A stretch of 64,000 nucleotides of DNA from a virus (taxonomy: Duplodnaviria > Caudoviricetes): IMG/VR virus record IMGVR_UViG_3300021962_000022; one strand, given 5' to 3'. Of the stretch, positions 1 through 9,880 are shown one piece after another. The translations under genes were made by a program, and so were the position numbers. The notes under the pieces were generated by a model that worked only from the letters and a program-made list of their open reading frames with translations, was not told the origin of the DNA and searched no databases. Numbering within the stretch: position 1 is the stretch's first letter; every line of letters begins with the position of its first letter.

Positions 1-1183
1 CGTTTGTCATGTTATATTCTTCACTCTTCCTATTACAATTCAATATCATAGTCTTCAAAGACTTACCGATATCTGAACCAATGATGTAAGATTTTTTACC
101 CTCACTCAATAACCTTACACATAAGGCCACCACAGGAAATGTATTCCTACATAAAACCATGTCACCATCTTGTATATCCTTGTAAGAAAAGTTCTCAACA
201 ACTCTACCCGGTCTATTCTTAGTGTGAGCAATGATTGCCGGATTCAAGTGTCTAACCAAATTAAGAATTTCAGGTGAAACCCTATAGGTATAAGATAGAG
301 GTAGTTCAATGGTATTTGGTAAATCTTTTAATTTCTGATATGACTCGTGGTCGGCACCCGCGAAACCATAAATTGCTTGCTTCGGGTCACCAACTGCAAT
401 GAATCTACCACCATCAGATTTCATAGCCTTCTGCATCAGAAATCTATGACAGGTATTTAAATCCTGACACTCATCGATAAAAACAAAATCATAAGTTTCA
501 CCTTGGTGATTTAAAAGGATTGGTAAAGAAATCATATCAGTATAATCAAGAACCTTAAGATATGACATCCCTAATTTTGAGAGGTACCAAGCAACCGTGG
601 ATTCCCCATCTTGATTATTAATTGAGTGGACTTCGGCAATCTTGTTTATCTCACCAACACCAATTGGTTTTATCTCGAAATTAACTAAATGTTGTCTTGA
701 TAAATTACAGAGGGATACCACATCACTAGCAAATTTATATTTGTCAATATTCTCACCTTGTGATGCATCAAATATGTTTTTAATGTATTTGTATTGTTCT
801 TCATTAAAACCATATTTGTCAAGACCATCAGGTTTCTCCCCATTGAAAAAATTAACTATGTCCCAAAAAAGATTACGGTATTTTAAACTCTTTTCATCTA
901 CAGCACAATCGTACATATTCCTCATGATTGTGTAACCAAAACCATGGACGGTCTTTACGTCGATATTTTTATTTTCAGGAATTCTTTTTTTCAACTCATC
1001 TCTAATACTGACATTGAATGCTAAAAATAATACCGACTTATCTTCAGGTATCAAATCCAATGCTTTCAACAATGTGGTTGTTTTACCACTGCCGGCAACA
1101 GCGGAAACTACCGCGTTGCGATTGTCTTTTAAGATGAAATTAAAAATATCCTTTTGATATTTGCTCGGTACGAATTTAGCCAT
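1..1183 (-). CDS. UvrD/Rep-family SF1 helicase (3' end runs off the window)
   Basis: Read manually (not in ORF track): MAKFVPSKYQKDIF..., Walker A AVAGSGKTT, DECQD, VGDPKQAIYGFAGA, LSYTYR; frame open to position 1. Confidence 0.93.
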   Translation of the reverse strand, partial: MAKFVPSKYQKDIFNFILKDNRNAVVSAVAGSGKTTTLLKALDLIPEDKSVLFLAFNVSIRDELKKRIPENKNIDVKTVHGFGYTIMRNMYDCAVDEKSLKYRNLFWDIVNFFNGEKPDGLDKYGFNEEQYKYIKNIFDASQGENIDKYKFASDVVSLCNLSRQHLVNFEIKPIGVGEINKIAEVHSINNQDGESTVAWYLSKLGMSYLKVLDYTDMISLPILLNHQGETYDFVFIDECQDLNTCHRFLMQKAMKSDGGRFIAVGDPKQAIYGFAGADHESYQKLKDLPNTIELPLSYTYRVSPEILNLVRHLNPAIIAHTKNRPGRVVENFSYKDIQDGDMVLCRNTFPVVALCVRLLSEGKKSYIIGSDIGKSLKTMILNCNRKSEEYNMTN

Positions 1184-1184
1184 T

Positions 1185-1403
1185 TTATTTTTCAATAAAC
1201 ATATTTGTATGTGAAATCGGAACTCTTAAGACGGGTGCATTTTTTTCCTCAACCTCCATTTTTTTCATGACTTCATAATAACCGTTTTCGGATACTCTAA
1301 CGGTTGGTACATTAGTAATAATGTCTAATAATTTGGTGTGACTTTTTTCACCTTCGTAAAGTTTAACTTCTTTGTTTGTTGTGTTAAAAACTAGTGTTTG
1401 CAT
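1185..1403 (-). CDS. Small hypothetical protein
   Basis: 72-aa ORF packed 1 nt before the helicase start. Confidence 0.65.
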   Translation of the reverse strand: MQTLVFNTTNKEVKLYEGEKSHTKLLDIITNVPTVRVSENGYYEVMKKMEVEEKNAPVLRVPISHTNMFIEK

Positions 1404-1409
1404 GTTATT

Positions 1410-2519
1410 TTATTTTATGTTTATTAAATATTTTTTGAATAATTCATGTTGAACGGACACACAGATTCGAGAATATGATGACCACAAATCCTTGTCGTGA
1501 TAAACAAACTTATCAAGACCCACGGCACCGATTCTATGTTGAAACAAATAATCTTCTGATTTATTGATAACAGCAAAAATACCCATGGGTGACGTGTCAC
1601 CATAAATCTCTTTCACCAGTAAATCTTTTTCTTTGAGGTATTCAATATTTTTTCTAATGTTATTTGTGGTAACTTCCTTGAATATGTTGAGTGATGTTCT
1701 TCCCTCGGGAGTTGTTAAAACCTTTTCAATAATCATTTGAGAAGGTGAACAGACTGCATTAAATTCATAGAGTAATCTAATGTTTAGTTCTGAATTAAAG
1801 TCCTTATCCTTACAAAAAATAAAACCCATTCTCAATCCGGATAACCCCACCCATTTTGAAAATGATTCGGTAATGATTATGTTATCCAAATGGGCCACCT
1901 TATCAAAAAAGTCATCATCGTAAAATAATTTTCTGTACGGTGAATCAAAGATGATAATGGCTCCTGTCATAGATATCTCATATATCTTTCTGAATAGTAT
2001 ATTATCATCCATCTTAACTCCCGTAGGGTTATTTGGGTCACAGATAAAAATACAAGAAGACTCACTCAAAGTCGATGGGTCAATGAATTCTAACGATTCG
2101 TAAAAAGAAAAAGACTTCTGTCTTATGGTTGCCATCTTAGAATACGAACCCCAATAAAATTGTGGAAAGTAAATGTTCTCAACATTCAGTAATTGAATTA
2201 CCAAATCTAAAGCCGGCATACCACCCGGTGTAATTGCAATATTGTTAATGAAATTAGGTGAGTTCACAAACGAAGGAAAGTACTCAGAAACTATTGAGTT
2301 TCTAAATGATTCAATACCTAAGTTCGGTGCATATACTTGAAATTCTTTTGAGTTGAAATCAATCTGACTCATAACTTCAGTCAAGTCGATTTCTGTTACC
2401 GCATTAACTCCTCTGTTTAATTCAAGATAAGTGTTACCTGATTCGTTTGCCGCTCTTTTAACTTTTTGACCGATACCAACTATAGAAGAAAAGGTCGCAT
2501 TTGATATGTTTACTTTCAT
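1410..2519 (-). CDS. PLP-dependent aminotransferase class I/II
   Basis: ITPGGM, DPNNPTG, FDSPY, ESFSKWVGLSGLRMGF (Schiff-base Lys motif). Confidence 0.88.
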   Translation of the reverse strand: MKVNISNATFSSIVGIGQKVKRAANESGNTYLELNRGVNAVTEIDLTEVMSQIDFNSKEFQVYAPNLGIESFRNSIVSEYFPSFVNSPNFINNIAITPGGMPALDLVIQLLNVENIYFPQFYWGSYSKMATIRQKSFSFYESLEFIDPSTLSESSCIFICDPNNPTGVKMDDNILFRKIYEISMTGAIIIFDSPYRKLFYDDDFFDKVAHLDNIIITESFSKWVGLSGLRMGFIFCKDKDFNSELNIRLLYEFNAVCSPSQMIIEKVLTTPEGRTSLNIFKEVTTNNIRKNIEYLKEKDLLVKEIYGDTSPMGIFAVINKSEDYLFQHRIGAVGLDKFVYHDKDLWSSYSRICVSVQHELFKKYLINIK

Positions 2520-2624
2520 TATATTCCTTATTAATGTTCATCCATCAATAATAAAATATAATAAAAAGAATTCAGTTTTCCAAAATGTATCTAAAAAAAA
2601 TTCCCCATGGAGGGGAATTTGTTG

Positions 2625-2945
2625 TTATGGTTTTTCAAACACCACAGAATCAATCGTTTTATTTATCCAACATTTTGTGGTGTCACCAATCTTTGCTGGT
2701 TTGTTTGTTAGAATTGTTACACCGTTTTCAAAAGTTACGTGATATTGATTTGTAAAGATTTCTTCGCAACTCATAACAGGAATTGGTTCCCAATTACCGG
2801 TTGGTTGTGTGACCTCTTCATTTACCAATTTATCTTCAACATGAATACTTTCATTATGTGAGTTACTTCTATTTAAAAATAGTATACCACAAAAAACTAA
2901 TATTATTATTAAAACTAATAAAAATTTAATTTGTTTTGATATCAT
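2625..2945 (-). CDS. Membrane-anchored hypothetical protein
   Basis: N-terminal hydrophobic helix; abuts upstream gene. Confidence 0.7.
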   Translation of the reverse strand: MISKQIKFLLVLIIILVFCGILFLNRSNSHNESIHVEDKLVNEEVTQPTGNWEPIPVMSCEEIFTNQYHVTFENGVTILTNKPAKIGDTTKCWINKTIDSVVFEKP

Positions 2946-3512
2946 TTAGAATTTTTCTTTCAGTTTTTCGGTCTCTATTATGTCTTTTACTAATTTGACG
3001 TACCCATCACCAGCTTCGGCATAAGTACTTGATAAATATAAATAGTAATCATTTTCGGTGTTTATTTGACCTAAGTAACGACATTGGTAAAATGCGTAAT
3101 CATACACTGATTGATACCAATTATCATAATATGCGTGACCATTTTGTGTTCCTTTTGCGGTATTGATTCTCACCGTCGCTTGTTTCATACCAAACAAATT
3201 GTGATTCTCTTTGAACACCTGACTTTTATAATGTCCTGTTTCGGCAATTGCCTGTGCCATCACAATATATGGAAACTTAACATTCAACCGTTTTAACTCT
3301 GATATGAATTTTTCTTCAGAGAATTTATTCTTTTCTTTTTCTAAAGAAATAACTATTAGTTCCTTTTCGTAGGTGTCTAAACTTTTGAATCTAATGAATC
3401 GACCCAAAATAAAAGAAGAAATAACCAATACGATTACAACCGAAAGGGCTATCTTAACCTTTTTCCAATCCTTTTTCCAAAGGAGTGAGGAATTATCATA
3501 CTTGTAAAACAT
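2946..3512 (-). CDS. Glucosaminidase (GH73-like) peptidoglycan hydrolase with N-terminal TM anchor
   Basis: AQAIAETG (catalytic Glu), NHNLFGMK, YYDNW..SVYDY. Confidence 0.85.
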   Translation of the reverse strand: MFYKYDNSSLLWKKDWKKVKIALSVVIVLVISSFILGRFIRFKSLDTYEKELIVISLEKEKNKFSEEKFISELKRLNVKFPYIVMAQAIAETGHYKSQVFKENHNLFGMKQATVRINTAKGTQNGHAYYDNWYQSVYDYAFYQCRYLGQINTENDYYLYLSSTYAEAGDGYVKLVKDIIETEKLKEKF

Positions 3513-3553
3513 AATTTTTGTGTTTGAGGATTAGACAATTATTGTTCCAGTTT

Positions 3554-3928
3554 TTACATTTTTGTGAAATGGTCGACAACCATTCTTGCACTTGAGTAAT
3601 TTGTTGCGAGTGCAACTTCATGAACATCACAAACTCTCATTAACATTTGTACATCGGGTTCGTGTGGGTGTTTATCCAACGGGTCTCTAAAAAATATGAC
3701 CGCATCAATTTCTTTCCTTGATACCATGGACGCAATTTCCGCGTCTCCACCCATTGGTCCTGAGTTTACTTGTTCTACTTTGGTTACACCTGCAAACATA
3801 ATTCGTTTACCTGTTGTTCCTGTTGCGACAATGTCAACATCGTTTCGATTGAAGAAATCTAATCTCTTCATTACAAAGGCAACCATGTCTGCCTTTTTTC
3901 CATCGTGTGCTATTAATGCTATTTTCAT
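3554..3928 (-). CDS. mgsA: Methylglyoxal synthase
   Basis: IALIAHDGKK, ATGTTG, SGPMGGD, FFRDPL..HPHEPDV..LMRVCD...ATN. Confidence 0.95.
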   Translation of the reverse strand: MKIALIAHDGKKADMVAFVMKRLDFFNRNDVDIVATGTTGKRIMFAGVTKVEQVNSGPMGGDAEIASMVSRKEIDAVIFFRDPLDKHPHEPDVQMLMRVCDVHEVALATNYSSARMVVDHFTKM

Positions 3929-3930
3929 AA

Positions 3931-4398
3931 TTAAAAAAGGAATAATTTACCACCAACTGTGAAGAATGGTTTTTCTGTTTGATAAAATGAGAATGTGATA
4001 AAGAAGGGATTTGATACTCTTAGATTCGCCGAGGTCTTCAACATAAACTTATTATCATTGTTCATGGAATACCCGACACCACCATTTAAAACTAACCATC
4101 TGTAATCTTTATTAGTGTAAACATAATTTAAACCAACATAAATCTCTTCAGGTCTACCATTAATTGTTAAAATTTTAGGACTAAATAAATTCAATTCGGC
4201 CATTATCTTACCATAACCAACACCGATGTTTGCATTACTTCTATCTTTCGCGAATTCATATCCCACTGAATAGTACATTGAATTGCCTCGGGGTCCATAA
4301 GACAACGTATAATTGAAGATTCTTTCAGGTATTCGTAATCCCTGAGCATATGTGTTGTTCAATAATATCACACACAGTATTGTTAAGATATTTCTCAT
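3931..4398 (-). CDS. Secreted beta-strand-rich protein, outer-membrane-barrel-like
   Basis: Signal peptide MRNILTILCVILLNNTYAQ, alternating Gly/aromatic strands, C-terminal Phe; start moved to ATG at 4398. Confidence 0.55.
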   Translation of the reverse strand: MRNILTILCVILLNNTYAQGLRIPERIFNYTLSYGPRGNSMYYSVGYEFAKDRSNANIGVGYGKIMAELNLFSPKILTINGRPEEIYVGLNYVYTNKDYRWLVLNGGVGYSMNNDNKFMLKTSANLRVSNPFFITFSFYQTEKPFFTVGGKLFLF

Positions 4399-4416
4399 TT
4401 TTTTATGATTTGTATA

Positions 4417-4448
4417 CAAATATATGTACAATATTTGAGATATACAAA
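4417..4448 (-). promoter_or_regulatory. Bacteroidota-type housekeeping promoter
   Basis: TTTG-N20-TATATTTG on minus strand upstream of 4398. Confidence 0.75.
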
Positions 4449-4457
4449 TTTTTTAAT

Positions 4458-4490
4458 AAAAAAAAAGAGGGACCGAAATCCCCCTTATTT
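4458..4490 (-). terminator. Rho-independent terminator
   Basis: AAGGGGGA-tttcgg-TCCCTCTT (one mismatch) followed by a T run. Confidence 0.65.
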
Positions 4491-4510
4491 GTTGATTGAT
4501 TATTAATCAA

Positions 4511-5569
4511 TTACCAATTCACTTCCGCAGATTCAGTTGGTCCGTCGTAATCTGATACTGACGGACCTCTTTCTTCTGATACCATCCCTCCACTCATTTC
4601 ATAATTTCTTCTATCGTACACTCTTTCATCTTGTGGTGCAAACTCTTCAGTGGGTGATTCCATAATAGATTCTTCCCTTTCATCGTCGGTGTCTTCCATA
4701 ATCATTCCTCTTCGAAAATCGGCCATTGGTTGTACCTCATTTACTAGCTCACCCATCTTCTGGTAACTTTTAATCAACGATTCTTCTTTATTTTTATCCT
4801 CGTCGCTAAGTAATGAATAATTAGTATGGGTATTGTTTTTAACTTCATTTCGAATCATATCTAAAATGAAATCTGGAAGTTCACTTTCAAGAGAATCAAT
4901 ACGAGAATCAGTTTGATTCCAAAATGAAAATTCAGGTTCTGAATCAAGTGATTTAAAACAAGCCACTTTCAATCCTGTTATTTTGTTAATCATATAAATC
5001 AAGATACCTCTTTTAGAATATCTTAAAAAGTAATCAGGATTATTTTCTGACGATGTGCACCACTTGGTGGACGAACCATATTTTTTTGATGCGTGAAAAG
5101 TTAGAGGTCTCAAAACAATCCATTCATCAGATGAATAAATAGTTTGGATTTGTTTCTCCAAATCTTTCTCATACGCTTTAATTTCTGCCAAACTCGTTGC
5201 AGTCATTACATCATCAAATCCTTTGAATTTAGATAAATCGTTTTCTTTGATTAGTCCCCTTTCGTTGTAATCACAAAATTTTTGAAAGGTTTTTAAATCC
5301 GAGAAATTGAAGTTCATCTCTAAAAATCTATACGCGGTGTACAGTTGGAAGGGTGTCATCTCCTCAAATTTATCTCTTGTAACTCCTAATTCCCTTTCGA
5401 AGTTTTCACGAATTTCTTCCACATATCTTTCAATATGTTTTGTGTTTTTAGAAAGTCTTAAAAGAAATTCAATGTACTTTGTTTTACCCTCAGGGCATAA
5501 AACTTTAAAGACATCAACCATGTTTATGTTGTTGTCAGGATGTTGTTTAAGTTCTTTAATTCTTGACAT
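4511..5569 (-). CDS. Conserved large-phage hypothetical protein (KYG..TKWCT motif, PcfJ-like C-terminal domain suspected)
   Basis: EWIVLRPLTFHASKKYGSSTKWCTS; acidic tail. Confidence 0.6.
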   Translation of the reverse strand: MSRIKELKQHPDNNINMVDVFKVLCPEGKTKYIEFLLRLSKNTKHIERYVEEIRENFERELGVTRDKFEEMTPFQLYTAYRFLEMNFNFSDLKTFQKFCDYNERGLIKENDLSKFKGFDDVMTATSLAEIKAYEKDLEKQIQTIYSSDEWIVLRPLTFHASKKYGSSTKWCTSSENNPDYFLRYSKRGILIYMINKITGLKVACFKSLDSEPEFSFWNQTDSRIDSLESELPDFILDMIRNEVKNNTHTNYSLLSDEDKNKEESLIKSYQKMGELVNEVQPMADFRRGMIMEDTDDEREESIMESPTEEFAPQDERVYDRRNYEMSGGMVSEERGPSVSDYDGPTESAEVNW

Positions 5570-5595
5570 ATTGATTATTTTTGGTTTGTTATTAA

Positions 5596-6261
5596 TTAAT
5601 AAAATTTACGAAGTAATTCAATTACGTCCCAAGCATCTTCAAGTGCATTGTGTGTAACAATTCCTTCGATGTTTGCCCGTTCTTTACATTTGGTTAATGA
5701 TGGTAAAGCATTATCCTCAGACCAGTTTACAAATAATATTGATGGGTCTATAATCCTCTGACGAGTTCTAATTAATTTTTTCCACCACGGAAGTTCTTCA
5801 AGGAATAACTTATCAAATGTTCCAAAGTTTTTACCAGCAACATTTAATGTAATTGGTGGGGTGTTGCCACCGAATACAGGAAATGGAACACCATCAACAA
5901 TCCTTACTGTCTTTAACATATCAATGTGCATCATATAACCATTAGCCCATAAAAAGTCATAGAACTTTTGGACAACCTCCTCTTCAGTATAAAATACATA
6001 ATCGGTATGATTGTTCATGTTTGCCTTAGTTTCATCGTCACCTTCTAAATAATCCCCCATCATTCCAATGATTTGTTTATTCATTGTTATTGCTCTTGGT
6101 GAACCTTGAATATTGTGTTGAAGAATTATTGCATTGAATTTTGGTAATTCCTCATAGGGTAATTTCTTTTCGGTATCCTCAATAATGGCACCAATAGATA
6201 AGATATTATTCATATCAGGATTCAAACCTGACGTTTCAATATCGATACTTACGTATTTCAT
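5596..6261 (-). CDS. DnaQ-like DEDDh 3'-5' exonuclease
   Basis: SIDIETSG, GKNFGTFD, HNALEDA. Confidence 0.88.
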   Translation of the reverse strand: MKYVSIDIETSGLNPDMNNILSIGAIIEDTEKKLPYEELPKFNAIILQHNIQGSPRAITMNKQIIGMMGDYLEGDDETKANMNNHTDYVFYTEEEVVQKFYDFLWANGYMMHIDMLKTVRIVDGVPFPVFGGNTPPITLNVAGKNFGTFDKLFLEELPWWKKLIRTRQRIIDPSILFVNWSEDNALPSLTKCKERANIEGIVTHNALEDAWDVIELLRKFY

Positions 6262-6449
6262 TAATCAAACATTTTAACAAATACAACAATCAGGGCGATT
6301 AAAAAGATAAGAGCAAAACCTCCCCATAATGGTGCAGTTACCCACCACCAAGACCAATCAATATAATTGGTTAATTTTAAAGTCATTAGAATTAAAAACA
6401 TCAGACCGAAGAATCCTACTCCTCCTGATGATGAACTGTTATCCGACAT
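6261..6449 (-). CDS. Small two-helix membrane protein
   Basis: Hydrophobic, IDWSWWWVTAPLW. Confidence 0.75.
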   Translation of the reverse strand: MSDNSSSSGGVGFFGLMFLILMTLKLTNYIDWSWWWVTAPLWGGFALIFLIALIVVFVKMFD

Positions 6450-6925
6450 TAGTATAAATTATATTTTTCTTTTAATGTTTTGATTGTTTCTGCCGCTGAA
6501 GTGTGAACAATCCCCTCACCACCATTCCCAATCCAACCATCGATATTATCTTTTCTATCATCAATTAGAATAGAGTTGGGTGACGCAAAATCTTTTTTGT
6601 GTTTTGCACTTCTTAAAATCAATGGTACTCCAGGTAACTCACGATTTACCCAATCGACTTTACCAACGCGGGAGTCGTTTTGTCTTGATGGTGCCGATAA
6701 AATTGTTGGGTTGTATTTTGATATGTGGTCCCATAAATCATGTCCATCAGACAACCATTTAAGGTTTATCCAAAAATCATAACCAGCTTTTTCAATTGGT
6801 GACCAAAATTGAGCATCACTACGGTGCTCGTCTTTGTTTAATTCAATACCGGTAAGGTCTTTATAACCTTGATTAAAGTCAACAAGAACTCCGTCTAAAT
6901 CACAAAATATACGATACTCCGTCAT
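6449..6925 (-). CDS. HAD-family 5'(3')-deoxyribonucleotidase
   Basis: CDLDGVLVDF, LSAP, ILIDD, GGEGIVH. Confidence 0.85.
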   Translation of the reverse strand: MTEYRIFCDLDGVLVDFNQGYKDLTGIELNKDEHRSDAQFWSPIEKAGYDFWINLKWLSDGHDLWDHISKYNPTILSAPSRQNDSRVGKVDWVNRELPGVPLILRSAKHKKDFASPNSILIDDRKDNIDGWIGNGGEGIVHTSAAETIKTLKEKYNLY

Positions 6926-6991
6926 ATGAAAGTTTTATATGACAAGTATACAAATAAAATCTAAAAATAAAAAATTTACGAAAAGATATTT

Positions 6992-7330
6992 TTAATAATC
7001 ATCTTCCTCGTTCTCATCATCGATGTCATCCTCATAATAATCATCCTCTTCATCTGTGATTTCATCCTCATCCAATTCATCTAATTCTAACTCACCGTAT
7101 AGTGCTTCGTAAACCATATCTTCGGTTAACCAATTTGGTAATTCATCAACTTCATTGTTTGGTTCATATGACTTAATATCGACCTCGTCGTTATTGATAA
7201 ATAAATTATCCTCATCGTATGAATCGTCTTTATTTATGTGCTCATATGTTACGAATAACTCAAACTCCTCGTCAGTATCAGGATGAAAGACAGTAATAGT
7301 TCGAGTATTTAGTCCTTTTTTGTTTCCCAT
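6992..7330 (-). CDS. Highly acidic hypothetical protein
   Basis: 112 aa, D/E-rich C-terminus. Confidence 0.7.
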   Translation of the reverse strand: MGNKKGLNTRTITVFHPDTDEEFELFVTYEHINKDDSYDEDNLFINNDEVDIKSYEPNNEVDELPNWLTEDMVYEALYGELELDELDEDEITDEEDDYYEDDIDDENEEDDY

Positions 7331-7356
7331 TTTTATTTTGAAATATTTATTATTAT

Positions 7357-7866
7357 ATGTTTAAGTATATATCTGAAATATTATCAAAATTCACACAGAG
7401 GCAAAGAATTGTGGCTCTGTCTATTTTGTTAATATCAATTATAATTATATCGGTTGGACCCAAAATCACCGAGTCATTAACATATAACGACGAAGAACTA
7501 AAACTAAGGATTGAATCACAAAACAATCAGATAGGTGAATTAAATAAAAGGGTTAATGAATTGAATCTACAGGTAATTTCAAATCAAAGAGAGTGTACAA
7601 ACGAGATTGTTAGAAGAGAAACTGAAATATTACAAATGTTGACAGACATTGAAACGCATACCAATAAAATGAAAAACGAGACAAGAATTTTAAATTCAAT
7701 GTCTCGTAGAACAGTTCAAATATCTTCAGAAGATACTTTGGAAAGAGTTATGGCTATGGTTCCTCAATCAAATACCACGACGATTATTGAAAATAAACGT
7801 GATGAGAAGTTGATTGGAATGATTAAGAAATTAAAGAAGAAAGTATCTGACGATATTAAACAATAA
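7357..7866 (+). CDS. Membrane-anchored coiled-coil protein
   Basis: TM helix then heptad region; TATTTAT at 7344-7350. Confidence 0.75.
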   Translation: MFKYISEILSKFTQRQRIVALSILLISIIIISVGPKITESLTYNDEELKLRIESQNNQIGELNKRVNELNLQVISNQRECTNEIVRRETEILQMLTDIETHTNKMKNETRILNSMSRRTVQISSEDTLERVMAMVPQSNTTTIIENKRDEKLIGMIKKLKKKVSDDIKQ

Positions 7867-8091
7867 TTACTTAGTTCCTAAGATTTCACCCGTTTCAATG
7901 TCGGTTACGTAAATTTTACCGTCGTCACCTTTACCAATTGCAATTTTTCTATCAACCTCAACATTATCTTCATCACTTGGTGTAACATCACCTTGCATAT
8001 CGTTATCTAAATTTTCCAACTCAGATTCACTTATTGTTCTTTTTACGATATTTTCTAAATCTTTGATTGATAATTTTACTACTTTTTTCAT
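7867..8091 (-). CDS. Small acidic protein with head-protein-like leader
   Basis: MKKVVKLSIKDLENIVKRTISESE; TATTTATA upstream (8105-8112). Confidence 0.7.
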   Translation of the reverse strand: MKKVVKLSIKDLENIVKRTISESELENLDNDMQGDVTPSDEDNVEVDRKIAIGKGDDGKIYVTDIETGEILGTK

Positions 8092-8124
8092 TTTTTCTTT
8101 TATCTATAAATATCTTATCTAAAC

Positions 8125-8155
8125 AAAAAACCCCTCTTTCGAGGGGTTCCTTTTA
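8125..8155. terminator. Terminator hairpin
   Basis: AAAAAACCCCTC-TTTC-GAGGGGTT-CCTTTT. Confidence 0.75.
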
Positions 8156-8299
8156 TTTAATACCTATCATGGTATTATTCTTATCACCTAACATGGTTTC
8201 GGGTAATCCAGCATCGATTCTCTCACATGAGAAAAATAGTACTGTTAATAAAAGGAATCCTGAGATTCCAAAAATGATTCTTCTAATAAATGGGTCCAT
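8153..8299 (-). pseudogene. Internally deleted SPFH/Band-7 gene remnant (48 aa)
   Basis: Read manually: MDPFIRRIIFGISGFLLLTVLFFSCERIDAG-LPETMLGDKNNTMIGIK; looks like N- and C-termini of an SPFH protein joined. Confidence 0.6.
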
Positions 8300-8302
8300 A
8301 AT

Positions 8303-8632
8303 CTATTTTTTTTGTTTTTTTGTTTCTTTAGGGGTTCTTTTTTTTGTTTGTTTTTTTGGTGGAATATAATCTAGTTCCGTTTCGGGAGTTTTGTTTGGGT
8401 CGGGGGTAAATAACTCAAAAGGTTCGTTATTAAAGTATGCGTATCTGACGTAATAAAACAAGAACATCAAAGTCATCACACCCCACAGGGCGGATAAAAT
8501 ATTGATAATCGTGTTATCAATAGTTAATCCCGGAAAGATTAAAAAATGAAACATGATGACAACAAAGAATCCGATTAAAAAACTCATCATGAGTCTTGAT
8601 TTAATCATGGTTGTAAAAATTTTATTAAACAT
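8303..8632 (-). CDS. Two-TM membrane protein with basic tail
   Basis: Hydrophobic helices then Lys-rich C-terminus. Confidence 0.7.
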   Translation of the reverse strand: MFNKIFTTMIKSRLMMSFLIGFFVVIMFHFLIFPGLTIDNTIINILSALWGVMTLMFLFYYVRYAYFNNEPFELFTPDPNKTPETELDYIPPKKQTKKRTPKETKKQKK

Positions 8633-8677
8633 GTTTAGTGTTATTAAAGTATAAACAATTATTTTTAATTTACAAAA

Positions 8678-9331
8678 TTACCCAACAACATTTTGCATAT
8701 CATCCATGTGATGGTCGAGGGGACCTAACTCAGAACCAATTTCTCGTTTCTTCAACATGTTGATTACCTCAAGTAAATCGTAGGGTGCAAAATCAGGGTT
8801 ACCATCCATACCAATATCCATACGACGACCGTTACTAATCTTGGCGTGGTTAGGTAAGTGACAATGTCCATGTAAGTGAATGCGTCCTTTACGTAGATTA
8901 TTCCAACTTGATATTGGATAATGACAACACTCAATCGTCTCACCCATATATTCAAATTGTTGGAACCATTGAACTGACTGAAACAAACTTTGACATCCTT
9001 GTCGATTCCTATCAATATGGTGGTCGTGGTTTCCTAAAACCAAATGAATGTTCTGACAAACAATTCGATTCCTAAATTCCTCAATATTTTCAAACCCACC
9101 AAACGACCAGTCACCTAAATGAATTAATATATCATCTTGACCAACAAGTCCGTTGATGTTATTAACGATTGATGCGTTCATGGTTTCAATTGTTGGGAAA
9201 TCCCTTGTTTGTTCAATGGGAACTGAACCATCAGGCATTCTCCAATTAGTCACGCCTCGACATATGTTTTTGTGACTGTAATGTGTGTCGGATGTAATCC
9301 AAACTTTTTTATCTTTATCTAACTTTATCAT
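8678..9331 (-). CDS. Calcineurin-like metallophosphoesterase
   Basis: TSDTHYSH, HLGDW, GNHD, HGHCH. Confidence 0.9.
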   Translation of the reverse strand: MIKLDKDKKVWITSDTHYSHKNICRGVTNWRMPDGSVPIEQTRDFPTIETMNASIVNNINGLVGQDDILIHLGDWSFGGFENIEEFRNRIVCQNIHLVLGNHDHHIDRNRQGCQSLFQSVQWFQQFEYMGETIECCHYPISSWNNLRKGRIHLHGHCHLPNHAKISNGRRMDIGMDGNPDFAPYDLLEVINMLKKREIGSELGPLDHHMDDMQNVVG

Positions 9332-9332
9332 A

Positions 9333-9833
9333 TCAACTAAATTCTGTCGATGTACTTACTCTAAGTCCATCAATTATTAAATCATCGTATTTCTCATTAT
9401 CCAACCAAAACATACCGTGACCCTTGGCTCTCTCCGCTCTACGGTATTCTTCATTCACTACTAAACCATCTGGTTGACCCCATTCGAGTGCCATGATAAT
9501 GAATTCTTCAACATCCCACTCTTGACCATATTCATCAACAACTCTACCTGAACGGATAAAAGAAAGGAGTTCTTCCTTATTTGAATAGTGTTTATTCTCA
9601 TGGAAATTCCAACAAAACTTCCAACCACCACTTCGTTTACCTAAATGAATGTTTGTACCTTCAAGAAAATCATCCCACACGGAACTCGATTCCCACGAAT
9701 TTTCTTTGGGGAATGAAAATCTCCTTTCAATATTTGATGGGGTTAACTCAAGTTTAGTAACCTCCTCTATCAATTTTTGTTTACGAGATTCTATTTCACT
9801 CGCCAACGGTATTCTGTAATAATTCGTTCCCAT
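9333..9833 (-). CDS. Conserved phage hypothetical protein
   Basis: MGTNYY...IHLGKRSGGWKF...VVDEYG. Confidence 0.75.
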   Translation of the reverse strand: MGTNYYRIPLASEIESRKQKLIEEVTKLELTPSNIERRFSFPKENSWESSSVWDDFLEGTNIHLGKRSGGWKFCWNFHENKHYSNKEELLSFIRSGRVVDEYGQEWDVEEFIIMALEWGQPDGLVVNEEYRRAERAKGHGMFWLDNEKYDDLIIDGLRVSTSTEFS

Positions 9834-9840
9834 ACGAGAA

Positions 9841-9871
9841 CAAAGATATGAAATATTTTGTGATATACAAA
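9841..9871 (-). promoter_or_regulatory. Bacteroidota-type promoter
   Basis: TTTG-N19-TATCTTTG, 7 nt before ATG at 9833. Confidence 0.8.
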
Positions 9872-9880
9872 AAAATCCAA

